A stretch of 64,000 nucleotides of DNA from an uncultured virus (IMG/VR IMGVR_UViG_3300020281_001373) (IMGVR_UViG_3300020281_001373); one strand, 5' to 3'; numbered from the stretch's first letter, positions 28,688 through 38,422 are shown. A program made the numbers and translations. Notes: generated from the letters alone by a model not told the origin.

Positions 28688-28924
28688 TTATTTCATATCG
28701 TTCAAAGTTGGCTCGTCAGATTTTTTACGTTTTCTGGTAGACCAAACTTTGATGAGATTTTCGATATGTTTGATTTTGATGTTGAGACCCCTGAAGTTTT
28801 CAGGATGCTCACGTCTTTCCTGAAGTAATTCTTCTAGAAATTTGACCTTTCCCTTTTTAGTTCTAATTTTTTGGAATGGTTTATAAAGTAATTCTTCTTT
28901 ATTAGTCTTTGTATACTTAGGCAT
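28688..28924 (-). CDS. basic early protein
   Basis: first gene after early promoter copy 4. Confidence 0.55.
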   Translation of the reverse strand: MPKYTKTNKEELLYKPFQKIRTKKGKVKFLEELLQERREHPENFRGLNIKIKHIENLIKVWSTRKRKKSDEPTLNDMK

Positions 28925-28963
28925 ATTATTTGGTACTCCTTCTTGATATATTAATTATACTCT

Positions 28964-28992
28964 ATTCTATACAGTTTTTCAAGGATGTACAC
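28964..28992 (-). promoter_or_regulatory. early promoter copy 4
   Basis: GTGTAC-17 nt-TAGAAT. Confidence 0.85.
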
Positions 28993-29009
28993 AACTTTGT
29001 TTCGTTTGA

Positions 29010-29022
29010 AATCAATAACTTA
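29010..29022. promoter_or_regulatory. IHF consensus site
   Basis: AATCAATAACTTA = WATCAANNNNTTR. Confidence 0.6.
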
Positions 29023-29028
29023 GGGGAT

Positions 29029-29105
29029 TGGCCTCCACGGTAGGACTCGAACCTACAACCCTCGGCTTAGAAGGCCGATGCTCTATCCAGTTGAGCTACG
29101 TGGAG
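29029..29105 (-). tRNA. tRNA-Arg (anticodon UCU), CCA encoded
   Basis: acceptor CTCCACG/CGTGGAG, D-arm, anticodon loop CTTCTAA, GGTTCGAGTCC T-arm. Confidence 0.95.
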
Positions 29106-29564
29106 TTAGGCGAAATAGTGTAGGTTAATCCAGTCACAGGTCATGGCTGGTTTTTTCTGTCCTTCGATTTCAATGACAATATCAATAACTGTTCTAAATC
29201 TATTGCCAAGTTTCTTATATGATTTAAGAGTGAAGTGTGCTCTGATTCTTTCATCTGCTTTTACTGCCTGTCTAAACTTAAGGTTCTCTACTCCGACATT
29301 AGTGGCCATAACCTGACCAGCAAATGGTTTTATAATCTCATAACTAAATTTAGGTAGGAAAGATAGTATCAGAAAACCATGAGATATGATACCACCGAAT
29401 GGTGTAGCCTTAGCATAGTTCTCATCAGTATGAATTGGTTGGTCATCACCAACTAAGGCACCATATAGTTGTATTAACTCTTTGTCAATAGTTTCCCATG
29501 ACGATGTAAGTTTTACACCTATATGTTCTTTGTATTTTTTATCGGCAGCATCAATGGTATTCAC
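29106..29564 (-). CDS. MaoC-family dehydratase
   Basis: GDDQPIHTD..A..TPFGGIISHG. Confidence 0.9.
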   Translation of the reverse strand: MNTIDAADKKYKEHIGVKLTSSWETIDKELIQLYGALVGDDQPIHTDENYAKATPFGGIISHGFLILSFLPKFSYEIIKPFAGQVMATNVGVENLKFRQAVKADERIRAHFTLKSYKKLGNRFRTVIDIVIEIEGQKKPAMTCDWINLHYFA

Positions 29565-29809
29565 AGAAGTTTTTGCTCATCTAGTTGTTGCTTAAACTGA
29601 TCGTATCCACCGATATTTTTACCATCAATAAAGATTTGTGGAAATGTTCTAGCATTTGGTTGTAGCTTCAATAATTCTTCCATAGTAAAATCTTCATTCA
29701 GCATTAACTTCTCGTATGTATGTTTACTTTCCTGTACAAATTGTTGTGCTGCTCTTTCAGCCATATCACAGTACGTACATGGTTCTTTAGAATAAATTTT
29801 TATATGCAT
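29561..29809 (-). CDS. glutaredoxin
   Basis: CTYC, TFPQIF, IGGY. Confidence 0.9.
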   Translation of the reverse strand: MHIKIYSKEPCTYCDMAERAAQQFVQESKHTYEKLMLNEDFTMEELLKLQPNARTFPQIFIDGKNIGGYDQFKQQLDEQKLL

Positions 29810-29812
29810 AAC

Positions 29813-30250
29813 TTATCCTTGTAAATATGATAGCATTGTCTTAGCATCAGATACTTCGAATGGGTCACCTTCGAAATTATCAGCTTTACCTTCTTCAGCA
29901 AACATCTTTACAATTTGTCCATCTTGAAGAACTGCTGAATAACGCCATGATCTTGAGCCAAAACCTAGATTTCTTTTACTGACTAACATATTAAGTTTAT
30001 CTGTTAGATCACCATTACCATCTGCAATATACTTAACTTTAGAAACTCCTTGTTTCTCAAACCAAGCTTTCATTACAAATTCATCATTTACTGATATGCA
30101 ATAAACTTCATCAACACCACAGTTTTTAATCTCATCATATAGTTCTTCATAACCTGGTAAATGAGATGCAGAACATGTAGGTGTAAATGCACCTGGTAAT
30201 CCGAAGACTACCACTTTCTTATCTAAAAATAGGTCTTTATATTGTGACAT
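29813..30250 (-). CDS. peroxiredoxin (Prx5/redoxin type)
   Basis: PGAFTPTCS..HLPG, SVND.FVM.AW, RSWRY. Confidence 0.9.
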   Translation of the reverse strand: MSQYKDLFLDKKVVVFGLPGAFTPTCSASHLPGYEELYDEIKNCGVDEVYCISVNDEFVMKAWFEKQGVSKVKYIADGNGDLTDKLNMLVSKRNLGFGSRSWRYSAVLQDGQIVKMFAEEGKADNFEGDPFEVSDAKTMLSYLQG

Positions 30251-30291
30251 AATATTTCCTTTACTTTGATTGTATAGGTATTATACCTTGT

Positions 30292-31617
30292 TTAAGCAAA
30301 AAATTCTTCTAGTCCAGATGATTTTTTTACTATAAGAGTGTTTTTAGTTTTATTAATTATATCTGTATACACATCAATGGCATCACAATGTGATTTCCAA
30401 AACTCAAATGCTTTGTGTCTTTCTTCATCACGTTTAACATTATCTGTTGCATACTCTGAAAGTATATTTGCAACTGTATTGTAATCTGTACCTTCTTTAT
30501 TTCTATGAGCCCATGTACCATAATCTCTTTGTTTAAAATCATCTGTCAGAAATATAGTACCACTATCTAAACAACTAATTACCGGATCACCTATCTTATT
30601 GTGAATTATATGAGCACCAAAATGTTCGTGAAATATAGGAACTGTACCAGCACCTAAACAATCTGAATGACAGTATTCTATATTAGCTCCGTACTGTTCA
30701 GGCTTGAGATGATATAGATCAGAACCAAACATAGACTTTGCCATTCTTAACATCATGTCGTGGTGTTGATAACCTGGATATAGATAGGCACCTTTCATTT
30801 CTTCTTCAGCACCATATTCAAAGTCACCAGTTTCACCATATTCTTTTTCAGGTCTAAACTTATTTACTACATTCCACCTTGTAGATGGATCGTTATCATC
30901 TTTATATAAGATACCTTTATATCCAATAGATGCTTCTAAACCTTCAAGTATTGTAATGAATCCTCTATGCATCATTTGTTCTTGATGAAAATCAATTAGT
31001 TGTTGTGGACCTTTCCAACCTGCAGATCTTCCAACCCATCTTATAATCTTTTCTTGTTCTTCAATTGGCTGCCAATACTTTTCTTTATTCTCATCAAAAT
31101 TATATCCTACACCCGCAGTTGTAATTGGAACTGTGATACCTTCTTTCTCACACCATTTAGCAAATGGGTTTGTAGTTGAATGAGTCATAATAACATCTAA
31201 ACATTGTAATACTTCTTTCAGTTTAGCATTACGATGAATTGATTGTATGTTATGGTCAACCTGAACAATGCTTTTATTAACATTAATTTTTTTTAATAAC
31301 TCTATGAAGTTGTCGACACATTGTTCAGGGTGACTTTTAGATGGAACAGAAAAGACAATCAAAGCTTCACACTTGTTAATCTCATCTATAACCTCAGTAC
31401 AAGTCATTAGATCAGGAAACTTCTTAGTAGTTTTACTAATCTCTGACCAATCTGCTCCTCTAAAATAGTTTACATCAAACTCCATGGAGTTTTGTCTTGG
31501 CCACACTTTATCCATAGTGGCATAGACTTTTACACCCATAAGTTTTTGGAATTCTACAACATTCTTCGTGACACCGCAACCTTCAACACCACGACCCATA
31601 AGTACTGCTACAGTCAT
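30292..31617 (-). CDS. agt: DNA alpha-glucosyltransferase homologue (T4 Agt-like)
   Basis: MGRGVEGCGVTK, SVP, DH..S..RN, RWVGR..WKG, EGLE, IEY.H..GTVPIF. Confidence 0.85.
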   Translation of the reverse strand: MTVAVLMGRGVEGCGVTKNVVEFQKLMGVKVYATMDKVWPRQNSMEFDVNYFRGADWSEISKTTKKFPDLMTCTEVIDEINKCEALIVFSVPSKSHPEQCVDNFIELLKKINVNKSIVQVDHNIQSIHRNAKLKEVLQCLDVIMTHSTTNPFAKWCEKEGITVPITTAGVGYNFDENKEKYWQPIEEQEKIIRWVGRSAGWKGPQQLIDFHQEQMMHRGFITILEGLEASIGYKGILYKDDNDPSTRWNVVNKFRPEKEYGETGDFEYGAEEEMKGAYLYPGYQHHDMMLRMAKSMFGSDLYHLKPEQYGANIEYCHSDCLGAGTVPIFHEHFGAHIIHNKIGDPVISCLDSGTIFLTDDFKQRDYGTWAHRNKEGTDYNTVANILSEYATDNVKRDEERHKAFEFWKSHCDAIDVYTDIINKTKNTLIVKKSSGLEEFFA

Positions 31618-32519
31618 TTGTTTTTACCTCTTTCTAGATTATACTGATCTACACACATATCTTCTAAACTCTTTGTTAGTGTAATCTTATCTGATAGTTT
31701 ATCTACAACAGAACATTCTGCATCACCATCACGTCTTTCAGTCTTTACAATATTTATGTTTTTACCTGTAGCTTTCTTAAAAGAATCAACAACTTCAAAC
31801 ACACTATAACCTGTGTTAGAACCAAGACATTCGTATGGTGTATTTGTTGGACCATCTTTAACAGCATTACATATTGCATTTGCTAAGTCTACAACATGTA
31901 CATAATCTCTAATACATGTACCATCGCGTGTATCATAATCTGTACCGTATATTTCTAAATAATCTCTTTTACCACAAGCAACTTCAGCTGCAACTCTAAT
32001 TAAATGTGTTGATGGACCTATTTGTTTGTGTACACCATCTGAACCAGATACATTGAAGAATCTAAAGATTGTATAACCACTTGCTTTTTCTTTGATTATA
32101 TCTTCAGCAGCAACTTTAGATTTAGCATAAGGTGATGCCATTTCCCATGCGGCTGATGTAGATGCAAATATAATATGTGCTTGAGGAAATACTTCACATA
32201 CTGCTAGTGTACCCATTACATTAGTCAGATAATAATCTGCAGGTCTTTTCATACTTTCTGGTACTACAGACAGACCACCTAAATGTACAACTGCATCATA
32301 ATCTGGCCATTGTTTTCCCATAGGAGTCTTTAATGATTGACGTCTATATACTTCTAAAACACTGAAACCATGAAAATCATGTAAGTATTGACTTACATCA
32401 TTCTTATCTTCGCCATGAACATCAACATCCAAGCCATCGATTTTTACACCTTGTTCATGTAGTATCTTACATACGTGTGAACCGATATAGCCATTACATC
32501 CTGTGACTAAGACGTGCAT
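31614..32519 (-). CDS. NAD-dependent NDP-sugar epimerase (GalE-like)
   Basis: TGCNGYIGSH, YAKSK, RFFNV, DGTCIRDYVHVVDLA. Confidence 0.9.
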   Translation of the reverse strand: MHVLVTGCNGYIGSHVCKILHEQGVKIDGLDVDVHGEDKNDVSQYLHDFHGFSVLEVYRRQSLKTPMGKQWPDYDAVVHLGGLSVVPESMKRPADYYLTNVMGTLAVCEVFPQAHIIFASTSAAWEMASPYAKSKVAAEDIIKEKASGYTIFRFFNVSGSDGVHKQIGPSTHLIRVAAEVACGKRDYLEIYGTDYDTRDGTCIRDYVHVVDLANAICNAVKDGPTNTPYECLGSNTGYSVFEVVDSFKKATGKNINIVKTERRDGDAECSVVDKLSDKITLTKSLEDMCVDQYNLERGKNK

Positions 32520-32914
32520 ACTCGTTTCCTTAAATCTGAAGATGAGAATCTATGTTCTCTTTTATTAAAGTACAATGCTATACCTCGTTTCTTGCATATA
32601 TCTTTTCCAGTAAAATCTTTTTCTTTATACTCTTCACCAAGAATTCTTACATCAATAGTATATAGTTCTAATATATCTTCTAAATCTTTTTCACTAGCAT
32701 AGGGAATAATCTCATCCACATACTTAACTGCTTTTAGTTGTGTATATCTTTCTACAATAGTTTGTATTGGTGAGTTCTTTTCTTTTCTATCTAGTGATGG
32801 ATCGACTTGTAAACCACAAATCAAATAGTCACATTGATCTTTAGCATCTCTTAACATTTGTACATGACCAGCATGTAATAAGTCAAATGTAGAACAGGTG
32901 AAGCCGACTTTCAT
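32507..32914 (-). CDS. glycerol-3-phosphate cytidylyltransferase-like (TagD family)
   Basis: FDLLHAGH, VDEIIPY, FSSSDLR. Confidence 0.85.
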   Translation of the reverse strand: MKVGFTCSTFDLLHAGHVQMLRDAKDQCDYLICGLQVDPSLDRKEKNSPIQTIVERYTQLKAVKYVDEIIPYASEKDLEDILELYTIDVRILGEEYKEKDFTGKDICKKRGIALYFNKREHRFSSSDLRKRVCTS

Positions 32915-32931
32915 AATCTGATTATACCCCG

Positions 32932-32961
32932 AATGGGAACATTATTTCTAATGCTCCCATT
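32932..32961 (-). terminator. 13-bp RNA stem-loop with GAAA tetraloop after the HTH gene (no clear U-tract)
   Basis: AATGGGAGCATTA-GAAA-TAATGTTCCCATT on minus strand. Confidence 0.5.
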
Positions 32962-32981
32962 AATAACAAAAGACTTAGTTA

Positions 32982-33245
32982 TTATACTAAGCCTTGCGCA
33001 ATTGCTTTGTAGCCTGCTGCTACTACGGCACGAGTTGGAGTACCCATACGGTATCTCAAAGCTCTTAGTCTGCTAGATTTAGCAGGTCTGTTTCCATAAA
33101 TAGCAAAACCTTTATTTCTAAGGTTAGCAACTACAGCAGTTGGGTTTGCCATGTTAAATCTGTCTCTCATTTGAGCAACAGTTAACTCAGCGCCATTTGA
33201 AAGAGCATCAATTACTTTCTGCTCTTGCGATTTTGTTTTAGCCAT
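32982..33245 (-). CDS. small winged-HTH DNA-binding protein
   Basis: LT..Q...RF..ANP.A.V..LR..GF.IY..YRMGTPTRAVVAAG; AAGGAG RBS. Confidence 0.7.
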   Translation of the reverse strand: MAKTKSQEQKVIDALSNGAELTVAQMRDRFNMANPTAVVANLRNKGFAIYGNRPAKSSRLRALRYRMGTPTRAVVAAGYKAIAQGLV

Positions 33246-33380
33246 ATCAGTTTTCTCCTTACTTAGTGGTCTAAATAATATGTTAAATAATTTTAACATC
33301 ACGAATAGATTATACTCTTTAATCGATTTTTTTTTATATTCTCTTAAAGTGGGTAAATATGTCCGCGGGTATACACGGGT

Positions 33381-33388
33381 AATAAATA
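33381..33388 (+). promoter_or_regulatory. late promoter variant AATAAATA
   Basis: upstream of ATG 33393, heads the curli/cyclase run. Confidence 0.5.
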
Positions 33389-33392
33389 CTGT

Positions 33393-34706
33393 ATGATGAA
33401 ATGGTTGCTACTTCCTGTAGCCTTAACAATATCCGCGATCGCAGCTTTCTATTCAATCTATGGATTAGTAGCAATCTTCGCAGCGGCAGTAATACCTATT
33501 ATTATCATGGGTGTGGCCCTTGAGATAGGTAAACTAGTATCTGTTGTATATCTACATCAATATTGGGAGGAAACTAAATTACTCTTAAAGAGCTATCTAA
33601 TAGTGGCTGTCGCACTCTTAATGTTTATTACATCATTAGGTATATTTGGATTTTTGTCAAAAGCACATGTAGAACAAGCATCTCTATCAGAAGAACAGAT
33701 AGCTTTAATAGAACAGTTAGAAGATAAAGAGATTAGATCAGAATTAAAGATTGAGAGATGGGAGAAAGAACTTACAAAGCTTTTAAACAATGAAGATACA
33801 CGTGTAGACACTCTCATAGGAAATGAGCAAGAGCAACTTAATAACATATATGATAGAATTGAAAGAGAAAAGAATTCTGCCAATGAAGCATACAACCAGA
33901 AAGTAAGAACTATAAATGAAACCATTACTGGTTTTGGTTCAAATGCTAGAAAGACTGAGCAGATTGAAATAGCTAATGCAGAATTAAAGAAAACAATAAA
34001 TGATATTGATGCTAAATATAAAGATGAGATAAGTGAATTACAAGATGTAATTAAAGGTTATAGAAATCAAGTCACTGAAAAAACAGATGACATAGATATA
34101 AAGATAGAAGAACTAGAAACACGCATTGAGAGTGAACAGAAAATTATTGATGTTGTCATAGAAGAAAAAGCAGTTTATGAAAAACAATACAGAGCGCTTG
34201 AAGCAGAAGTCGGCCCGATTAAATATATTGCGGAACTCATCTATGGTGAAACTGACAAGAGTTTACTTGAAGATGCTGTAAGATGGGTTATTATAATATT
34301 GGTTATTGTGTTTGACCCTCTAGCGGTTGCGTTATTAATAGCATGGAATGATATTATAAAACGCGAATCTCCAAGGCCTAAGCCAAAACCAACAGAACCA
34401 GAACCTACTCTTAACGAGTTAGCAGAAAAAAAAACTGAAGAACCCGAAGAAGTAGAACCTGAGATTGATAAGGATTATGAGAAAAATACTTATCACAATG
34501 TTTTAGGCGTCAAAGTAAAAGAGAATCCTAAAACATTAAAAGAATTTATGAAAGAAACACCCGATTTCTTTGCTCAATTGGCTGATGAAATGGGTGGAAG
34601 AATAGATTATGATAGTGAAGCGGCTCAGATAGAAGTTCCTGAAGATGTATTGGAACAACTACCTGATGGTACTTATAGAAAGAAAGTGAGCCGTACTAGA
34701 ATATAA
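33393..34706 (+). CDS. membrane-anchored coiled-coil protein
   Basis: 3 N-terminal TMs, GIFGFLSKAH, long heptads, EVGPIKYIA, VFDPLA. Confidence 0.7.
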   Translation: MMKWLLLPVALTISAIAAFYSIYGLVAIFAAAVIPIIIMGVALEIGKLVSVVYLHQYWEETKLLLKSYLIVAVALLMFITSLGIFGFLSKAHVEQASLSEEQIALIEQLEDKEIRSELKIERWEKELTKLLNNEDTRVDTLIGNEQEQLNNIYDRIEREKNSANEAYNQKVRTINETITGFGSNARKTEQIEIANAELKKTINDIDAKYKDEISELQDVIKGYRNQVTEKTDDIDIKIEELETRIESEQKIIDVVIEEKAVYEKQYRALEAEVGPIKYIAELIYGETDKSLLEDAVRWVIIILVIVFDPLAVALLIAWNDIIKRESPRPKPKPTEPEPTLNELAEKKTEEPEEVEPEIDKDYEKNTYHNVLGVKVKENPKTLKEFMKETPDFFAQLADEMGGRIDYDSEAAQIEVPEDVLEQLPDGTYRKKVSRTRI

Positions 34707-34725
34707 GGAAATATAATGTTTTAAG

Positions 34726-35007
34726 ATGAAAGAGTTTATGCTATTACTATCCGAGTTTGGGCTGCCTGTAGCTGGTGCAGTGGTAATGGGCCTGTTCATT
34801 TACATTATATTAAGATATATTTTAGATTCTGTAGTTAGTCAAACTAAAACTTTAAAATCCATAATAATGCAACTAGATAATCGTGTTAAAAACATGAATA
34901 ATGATATGATAAAACTCGATATGGAAATCACACATGTTCTTGGATTGAAACCAGATGATGTAAGAATTTCTAGATCTAATGGTAAAGAAGATGCGAGAAG
35001 AGATTAA
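34726..35007 (+). CDS. small membrane protein (paralog pair, copy 1)
   Basis: FGLPVAGA TM, LDNRVKNMNNDMIKLD. Confidence 0.65.
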   Translation: MKEFMLLLSEFGLPVAGAVVMGLFIYIILRYILDSVVSQTKTLKSIIMQLDNRVKNMNNDMIKLDMEITHVLGLKPDDVRISRSNGKEDARRD

Positions 35008-35276
35008 TGAAATTGTTTATCGAAATTTTAAGCGTATATGGTTTTCCAACTTTAGCCGCAGTTGCTATGGGTTGGTTTATCTGGTTTGTATATAACTTCA
35101 CAACAAAAAATATTAAAAAGAATTTAAGTGAAACTCACACTACACTTATCGCTCTCTTAGATAGAATCAGAATGTTAGACAATGACATAATCAGATTAAG
35201 AGCTAAATTAGATGCTGTTATTCAGATGAAAGAGAACGAAAAGGTTCCAACAGAAGCAGAAGAAACTAATAAATAA
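35007..35276 (+). CDS. small membrane protein (paralog pair, copy 2)
   Basis: YGFPTLAA TM, LLDRIRMLDNDIIRL. Confidence 0.65.
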   Translation: MKLFIEILSVYGFPTLAAVAMGWFIWFVYNFTTKNIKKNLSETHTTLIALLDRIRMLDNDIIRLRAKLDAVIQMKENEKVPTEAEETNK

Positions 35277-35279
35277 TAT

Positions 35280-35795
35280 ATGATTAAAGCACATTTTATA
35301 ACAGGTGTGCTGCGAACTTGGGTTGTTATGTTATTTGCGGTGACGTTGGCAGCCCTATCTACAACTAATCTCAACGCCAGTGAGCTTCACTTTGAGTTTG
35401 GCAACCCTGCATTCTCAAAACACGGCTACTCATCCCATGTCTTATCTATAGAACAACTCAATTATTCACGTCAAAGAGATGTAGAGAAAGATAAGAAGTC
35501 AGCCGATGCCGCTGCTCAGAGAGAAATAGACAATACAACAATTAATAAGTTCATTAAGAATGTTGAATCTCGTATTTATGCTAACTTATCTAAGCAATTG
35601 GTTGATAATATGTTTGGTACTAACTGCGTAAACACATCAGAAATAACTTGTGAAACTTCAGGTACAGCAGTAGTTGAAGGTGCTACAATTTACTGGGTAA
35701 GAGATGATACAACGGAGACTATTAGTTTAACAGTCACAGATGAGACCGGTAATGTCACAACGATCACCGTGCCCATTGGAGACTTTCTATTCTAA
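35280..35795 (+). CDS. csgF: curli assembly protein CsgF-like
   Basis: ASELHFEFGNPAF; C-terminal TDETGNVTTITVP. Confidence 0.8.
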   Translation: MIKAHFITGVLRTWVVMLFAVTLAALSTTNLNASELHFEFGNPAFSKHGYSSHVLSIEQLNYSRQRDVEKDKKSADAAAQREIDNTTINKFIKNVESRIYANLSKQLVDNMFGTNCVNTSEITCETSGTAVVEGATIYWVRDDTTETISLTVTDETGNVTTITVPIGDFLF

Positions 35796-35812
35796 TAGAA
35801 GAATGAACTTAT

Positions 35813-36625
35813 ATGAAGATACTTTTAGCTATATTACTGTCAGCAATAATTACGGGTTGTGTAAGCACACCTGACAGGATAGACTATTATCAAGATCTTC
35901 CGCCTCAACAACATGCTACACCAACATCAGAATTACTAGTTAAGCTTCCACCATTAGATGGTGATATTATAACCATTGCAGTATATTCATTTATGGATGA
36001 AACTGGTCAAAGAAAACCTAGTGAAAAGTTCTCACAGCTGTCAACAGCCATTTCACAAGGTGTAGATGTATGGGTAATACAAGCTTTAAAAGAAGCGGGT
36101 AATGGTACATGGTTTAAAGTTGTAGAAAGAATGGGATTGGATAATGTAATAAAAGAAAGACAACTTATAAGAAGTACAAGAGAAGCTTATGATGGAGAAC
36201 AAAAGAATTCACTTAAACCTTTAATATTTGCAGGCTTAATATTAGAAGGTGGAGTTGTTGCCTATGATACTAACGTAGAAACAGGCGGTAACGGTGCAAG
36301 ATACTTTGGCATTGGTGTATCCGAAGAATATCGGGTAGATCAAGTCACTGTCGCTATGAGAGTAGTTGCTGTTCAGACTGGTGAAGTTTTACTTACCGTT
36401 TCAGGTACTAAAACAATTGCTAGTCATAGATCAGGAACTGATGTTTTTAGATTCTTAGATATGGGAACTAAGGCTTTAGAAATAGAAAGCGGAGTCGCTA
36501 TGAATGAGCCAGTAAATTACGCGATACGATCCGCAATTGAGTATTGCGTAATTGAAGTAATTAAACAAGGTGCAGATCAAGGTCTGTGGAAAATAAAGGA
36601 GGAAAACAATGAAACAATTCATTAA
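35813..36625 (+). CDS. csgG: curli secretion channel CsgG lipoprotein
   Basis: lipobox ITGC; AVYSFMDETGQRKP, STAISQG, WFKVVER, KERQLIR. Confidence 0.92.
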   Translation: MKILLAILLSAIITGCVSTPDRIDYYQDLPPQQHATPTSELLVKLPPLDGDIITIAVYSFMDETGQRKPSEKFSQLSTAISQGVDVWVIQALKEAGNGTWFKVVERMGLDNVIKERQLIRSTREAYDGEQKNSLKPLIFAGLILEGGVVAYDTNVETGGNGARYFGIGVSEEYRVDQVTVAMRVVAVQTGEVLLTVSGTKTIASHRSGTDVFRFLDMGTKALEIESGVAMNEPVNYAIRSAIEYCVIEVIKQGADQGLWKIKEENNETIH

Positions 36626-37295
36626 CCTTATATTATTATCAGTCTTGTTTACAGGTACATTATGGGCGAATGATATATATGTCACTCAAAGTGGTAATAC
36701 ACTTGACTTAGATATCACACAGGATGGACAAAACAATACTGTTGGTAATTCTACCACATCATCATCGGTTGTAGGTGCTACATCTACTATTGATATTGAT
36801 CAGGTAGGAAACTCTAACGTCCTTACATTTGATGTTAACGGTGATACATACACCGGAACATTCAATGTCACAGGTGATAGCAACAATATTGACTTTAACT
36901 GTGATAGCACAGGGAACAATTCCTCATGTGCAACAGTTACGTCCAGTATAACATGGGTAGGTTCCAGTAACGATTTAGACATCGATATTGGAGAGACTGC
37001 TGATGCCGCAAACGGTGCAGTGACTATAACAGGAGCCAGTGGTTCTGATTCAAACGTTATAGCTGCGACTGTTGATGGTACATCTGCAATCTTAACACTA
37101 ACTGTAAACGGTGATACAAATAACTGGTTGATAGATATTGATGGTAATGGAGATATTAATGGCCATACATTAATCCATTCTCATACAGGCGGTATTGCCG
37201 ATGTAGATATAGTTCAAAGTGGTGTTTATGACAACATAATAAACTTAACTACAAGCGGTAATAATGCTGATATCGATATAAGTCAAACAGACTAA
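36609..37295 (+). CDS. secreted curlin-like repeat protein
   Basis: signal peptide; QxGxxN repeats (TQSGN, TQDGQNN, DQVGNSN). Confidence 0.7.
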   Translation: MKQFINLILLSVLFTGTLWANDIYVTQSGNTLDLDITQDGQNNTVGNSTTSSSVVGATSTIDIDQVGNSNVLTFDVNGDTYTGTFNVTGDSNNIDFNCDSTGNNSSCATVTSSITWVGSSNDLDIDIGETADAANGAVTITGASGSDSNVIAATVDGTSAILTLTVNGDTNNWLIDIDGNGDINGHTLIHSHTGGIADVDIVQSGVYDNIINLTTSGNNADIDISQTD

Positions 37296-38422
37296 TGAGA
37301 ACTCTATACAGAGTCATTGCCTTTTTGATAGGCGCTTGTGCTTTACTCTTATATGGTAAGGAGATTAATGCACAGACTATAGGAGATGTAATTCTTCAAG
37401 AAGGCAATGCTGTTATAGAACAAAGTGGTGAAGAGAATATATCTGTCGAAGGTTTAGATGTATTTTCCTATGATGTCGTTAAGACTGGAAATGGTAAGAC
37501 TGCTATATCCTTTATTGACGACACTCGCGTGGATGTCACTGAACATTCAAAACTTATAATAGATGAGTTTGTATATGACCCTGCAAATAACAAAGGGTCA
37601 CTCTCAATAAAAGCGACTTTAGGTACCGTACGTTATGCTTCTGGTCAAATAGCAAAGAAGTATGCACAGAACGTAAATATCGAAACACCAACTGCCACCA
37701 TCGGTGTAAGAGGTACTGACTTTAGTATGACTGTAGATGAGATTGGTGGTTCAACAATAATCCTTTTGCCGTCATGCGATACACGGGGTTATTGTTATGT
37801 AGGTGAAATTGAAGTAGAGACAGATGCAGGTTTTGTTATTATGAATCAAGCATTTCAGGCAACTGTAGTCACGACTGGTGAATCAAAACCAATGAAGCCA
37901 GTAATTTTAGATTTAGATGAAAACATGATTGGTAATTTATTAATAATACAAAAGCCTCAAGAGATTGTAGCTGAGCAACAAAGAGCTGAATATAACGAAG
38001 TTGCTAATGCATTAGATATAGACTTTTTAGAATTTAATGATTTAGAAGTAGATGAATTAGAAATAGATAACGATACATGGTCAACAGGTTTAGATATAGA
38101 TTTTTTAGAACAGAATTTTTTAGTAGATGTATTAGCACAAATAAACAAAGAACTTGCTAAGGCAATGAGAAGTGAGTTTGTAAAACAAGAAGAAGCTGCA
38201 ATTGATGGTGTACAATTAGGTAAGGACCCAGAAACAGGTATCATAATATTAGATGAAGACCCTGAATGGGTATATGCAAGAGAAGGTGCAGCAACATATT
38301 TTGAATTAAGATTAGATAAAGAATATGGTTATGTAATTAGTTTTATACAAGAAGATTTTGAAGTATATGACTATGAATTAGGTGGACAAGGAAATGAAAT
38401 CAGGATTTACCAAAGTAATTAG
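37295..38422 (+). CDS. FecR-domain protein
   Basis: signal peptide; TPTATIGVRGTDF; acidic C-terminal half. Confidence 0.85.
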   Translation: MRTLYRVIAFLIGACALLLYGKEINAQTIGDVILQEGNAVIEQSGEENISVEGLDVFSYDVVKTGNGKTAISFIDDTRVDVTEHSKLIIDEFVYDPANNKGSLSIKATLGTVRYASGQIAKKYAQNVNIETPTATIGVRGTDFSMTVDEIGGSTIILLPSCDTRGYCYVGEIEVETDAGFVIMNQAFQATVVTTGESKPMKPVILDLDENMIGNLLIIQKPQEIVAEQQRAEYNEVANALDIDFLEFNDLEVDELEIDNDTWSTGLDIDFLEQNFLVDVLAQINKELAKAMRSEFVKQEEAAIDGVQLGKDPETGIIILDEDPEWVYAREGAATYFELRLDKEYGYVISFIQEDFEVYDYELGGQGNEIRIYQSN

